From positions 32,001 to 96,000 of the forward strand of contig OY763415.1 of the NCBI GenBank assembly GCA_963667565.1: a stretch of 64,000 nucleotides of DNA. The letters run 5' to 3'. The stretch's first letter is position 1, and every line of letters begins with the position of its first letter. A model generated the notes under the pieces. It was not told the DNA's origin and did no database searches. It saw only the letters and a program-made list of their open reading frames with translations. Source of the stretch: Acholeplasmataceae bacterium (lineage in GTDB: Bacteria > Bacillota_I > Bacilli_A > Acholeplasmatales > Acholeplasmataceae). Shown here piece by piece: positions 63,178-64,000 of this stretch. A program made the translations under genes and the position numbers.

Positions 63178-64000
63178 GTAATAGATGCAAATTCTACCGA
63201 AACAAAGTCTGTTACATATCAATATGATGCATCTGGGAATCCAATAGCAACCATAGAAGGCGGAGTGACAACAGGATATTTGTGGGATGGAAGAAGATTG
63301 ACAGGTATAAATTATTATAATGATTCTAATGTAGATATAGAATATCGATATAACGATCAAGGTGTAAGAGTATCAAAAGAAACTAACACACATGAATATG
63401 AATATATTGTTGATGGATATTTAGTACTCGTTGAAATCATTGATGGTACTAACTATATTTATTATACATATGATGTTGATGGTACATTGATTAGTATGAA
63501 CTACCAAGGAGTTGAGTATTACTATATCAGTAATTTGCAAGGTGACATCATTGGAATGATGGATGGATCAGGAAATATCGTGGTAAAATATAGTTATGAT
63601 GCATGGGGAAATATTGTATATCAATGGACATTAATCACAAACTTAGATCATATCAATCCATATCGATATAGAGGATATCGATATGACGTGGAAACAAATC
63701 TATATTATTTAAATGCAAGATATTATGATCCATCCATAGCAAGATTTATATCAGCTGATGATGTGAGTTTTATATCAGATGATCAAGCAGCAAGTATTAA
63801 TTTATATGCTTATTCTTTAAACAATCCAGTTATGTATTCAGACTTTAGTGGTAATATGCCAGAATGGTTAGAAAATACCCTTGTAATTGGAGGTGTAGCA
63901 CTTCTAATTGCTGGTATAGCGATGGCAGCTTTGTTTACCGGTGGGCTAGCTGGAGCAGCTTTAATGGCTGTAGCATTCAGCACAGGAATAGGTGCATATA
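63178..64000 (+). CDS. Second orphan Rhs core + C-terminal domain, running off the window; absent from the ORF track
   Basis: Open frame after TGA 63175-63177: ..YQYDASGNP..YLWDGRRL..YRYNDQGVRVSK..core..NNPVMYSDFSG then MPEWLENTLVIGGVALLIAGIAMAALFTGG.. Confidence 0.82.
63331..63810 (+). repeat. Rhs core repeat, copy 2
   Basis: Near-identical to 60510-60990. Confidence 0.92.

Noticed and set aside
156..63360. Many 60-150 aa antisense or off-frame ORFs in the track (e.g. 3306-3635, 4273-4728, 31892-32332, 35718-36128, 46102-47176, 63121-63360)
   Set aside because: They lie over well-supported genes, lack RBS and motifs, and are typical shadows of codon bias.
1..64000. CRISPR array, rRNA, tRNA, intact transposase, integrase or prophage
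   Set aside because: No regularly spaced repeats, cloverleafs, rRNA motifs or such proteins were recognised by eye. The Cas4-like motifs at 27984-29816 have no cas neighbours.

Overview
AT-rich chromosomal window from a wall-less Firmicutes-derived bacterium, most likely Acholeplasmatales. TGA acts as stop and Trp is TGG, so this is code 11, not Mycoplasma code 4. The backbone is housekeeping: htpG, ldh, rplM-rpsI, gltX, cysS-mrnC-(P-type ATPase)-rlmB-sigH-like-rpmG-secE-nusG, rplK-rplA-rplJ-rplL-rsmC-rpoB-rpoC, psuK-psuG and pepF, with MacB/FtsX ABC systems and a membrane diguanylate cyclase plus SecB-like pair. No rRNA, tRNA or CRISPR array was seen. The most interesting items are: (1) a serine palmitoyltransferase-like gene coupled to an SDR, a candidate sphingolipid pathway in a mollicute, near other lipid-enzyme candidates; (2) an AbiEi-AbiEii type IV toxin-antitoxin module whose toxin is fused in frame to an intact histidine-phosphatase domain, under a perfect 15-bp inverted-repeat operator; (3) a rearranged WapA/Rhs polymorphic toxin locus with an internal inversion, near-identical core repeats and different membrane-type C-termini; (4) tandem alphaCTD-like domains on the RpoC N-terminus; (5) a candidate ~135-nt sRNA; (6) a frameshifted pyrR facing an intact PyrR attenuator; (7) a P-type ATPase lacking the TM4 glutamate. 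All family calls come from motif recognition by eye; no database search was run.
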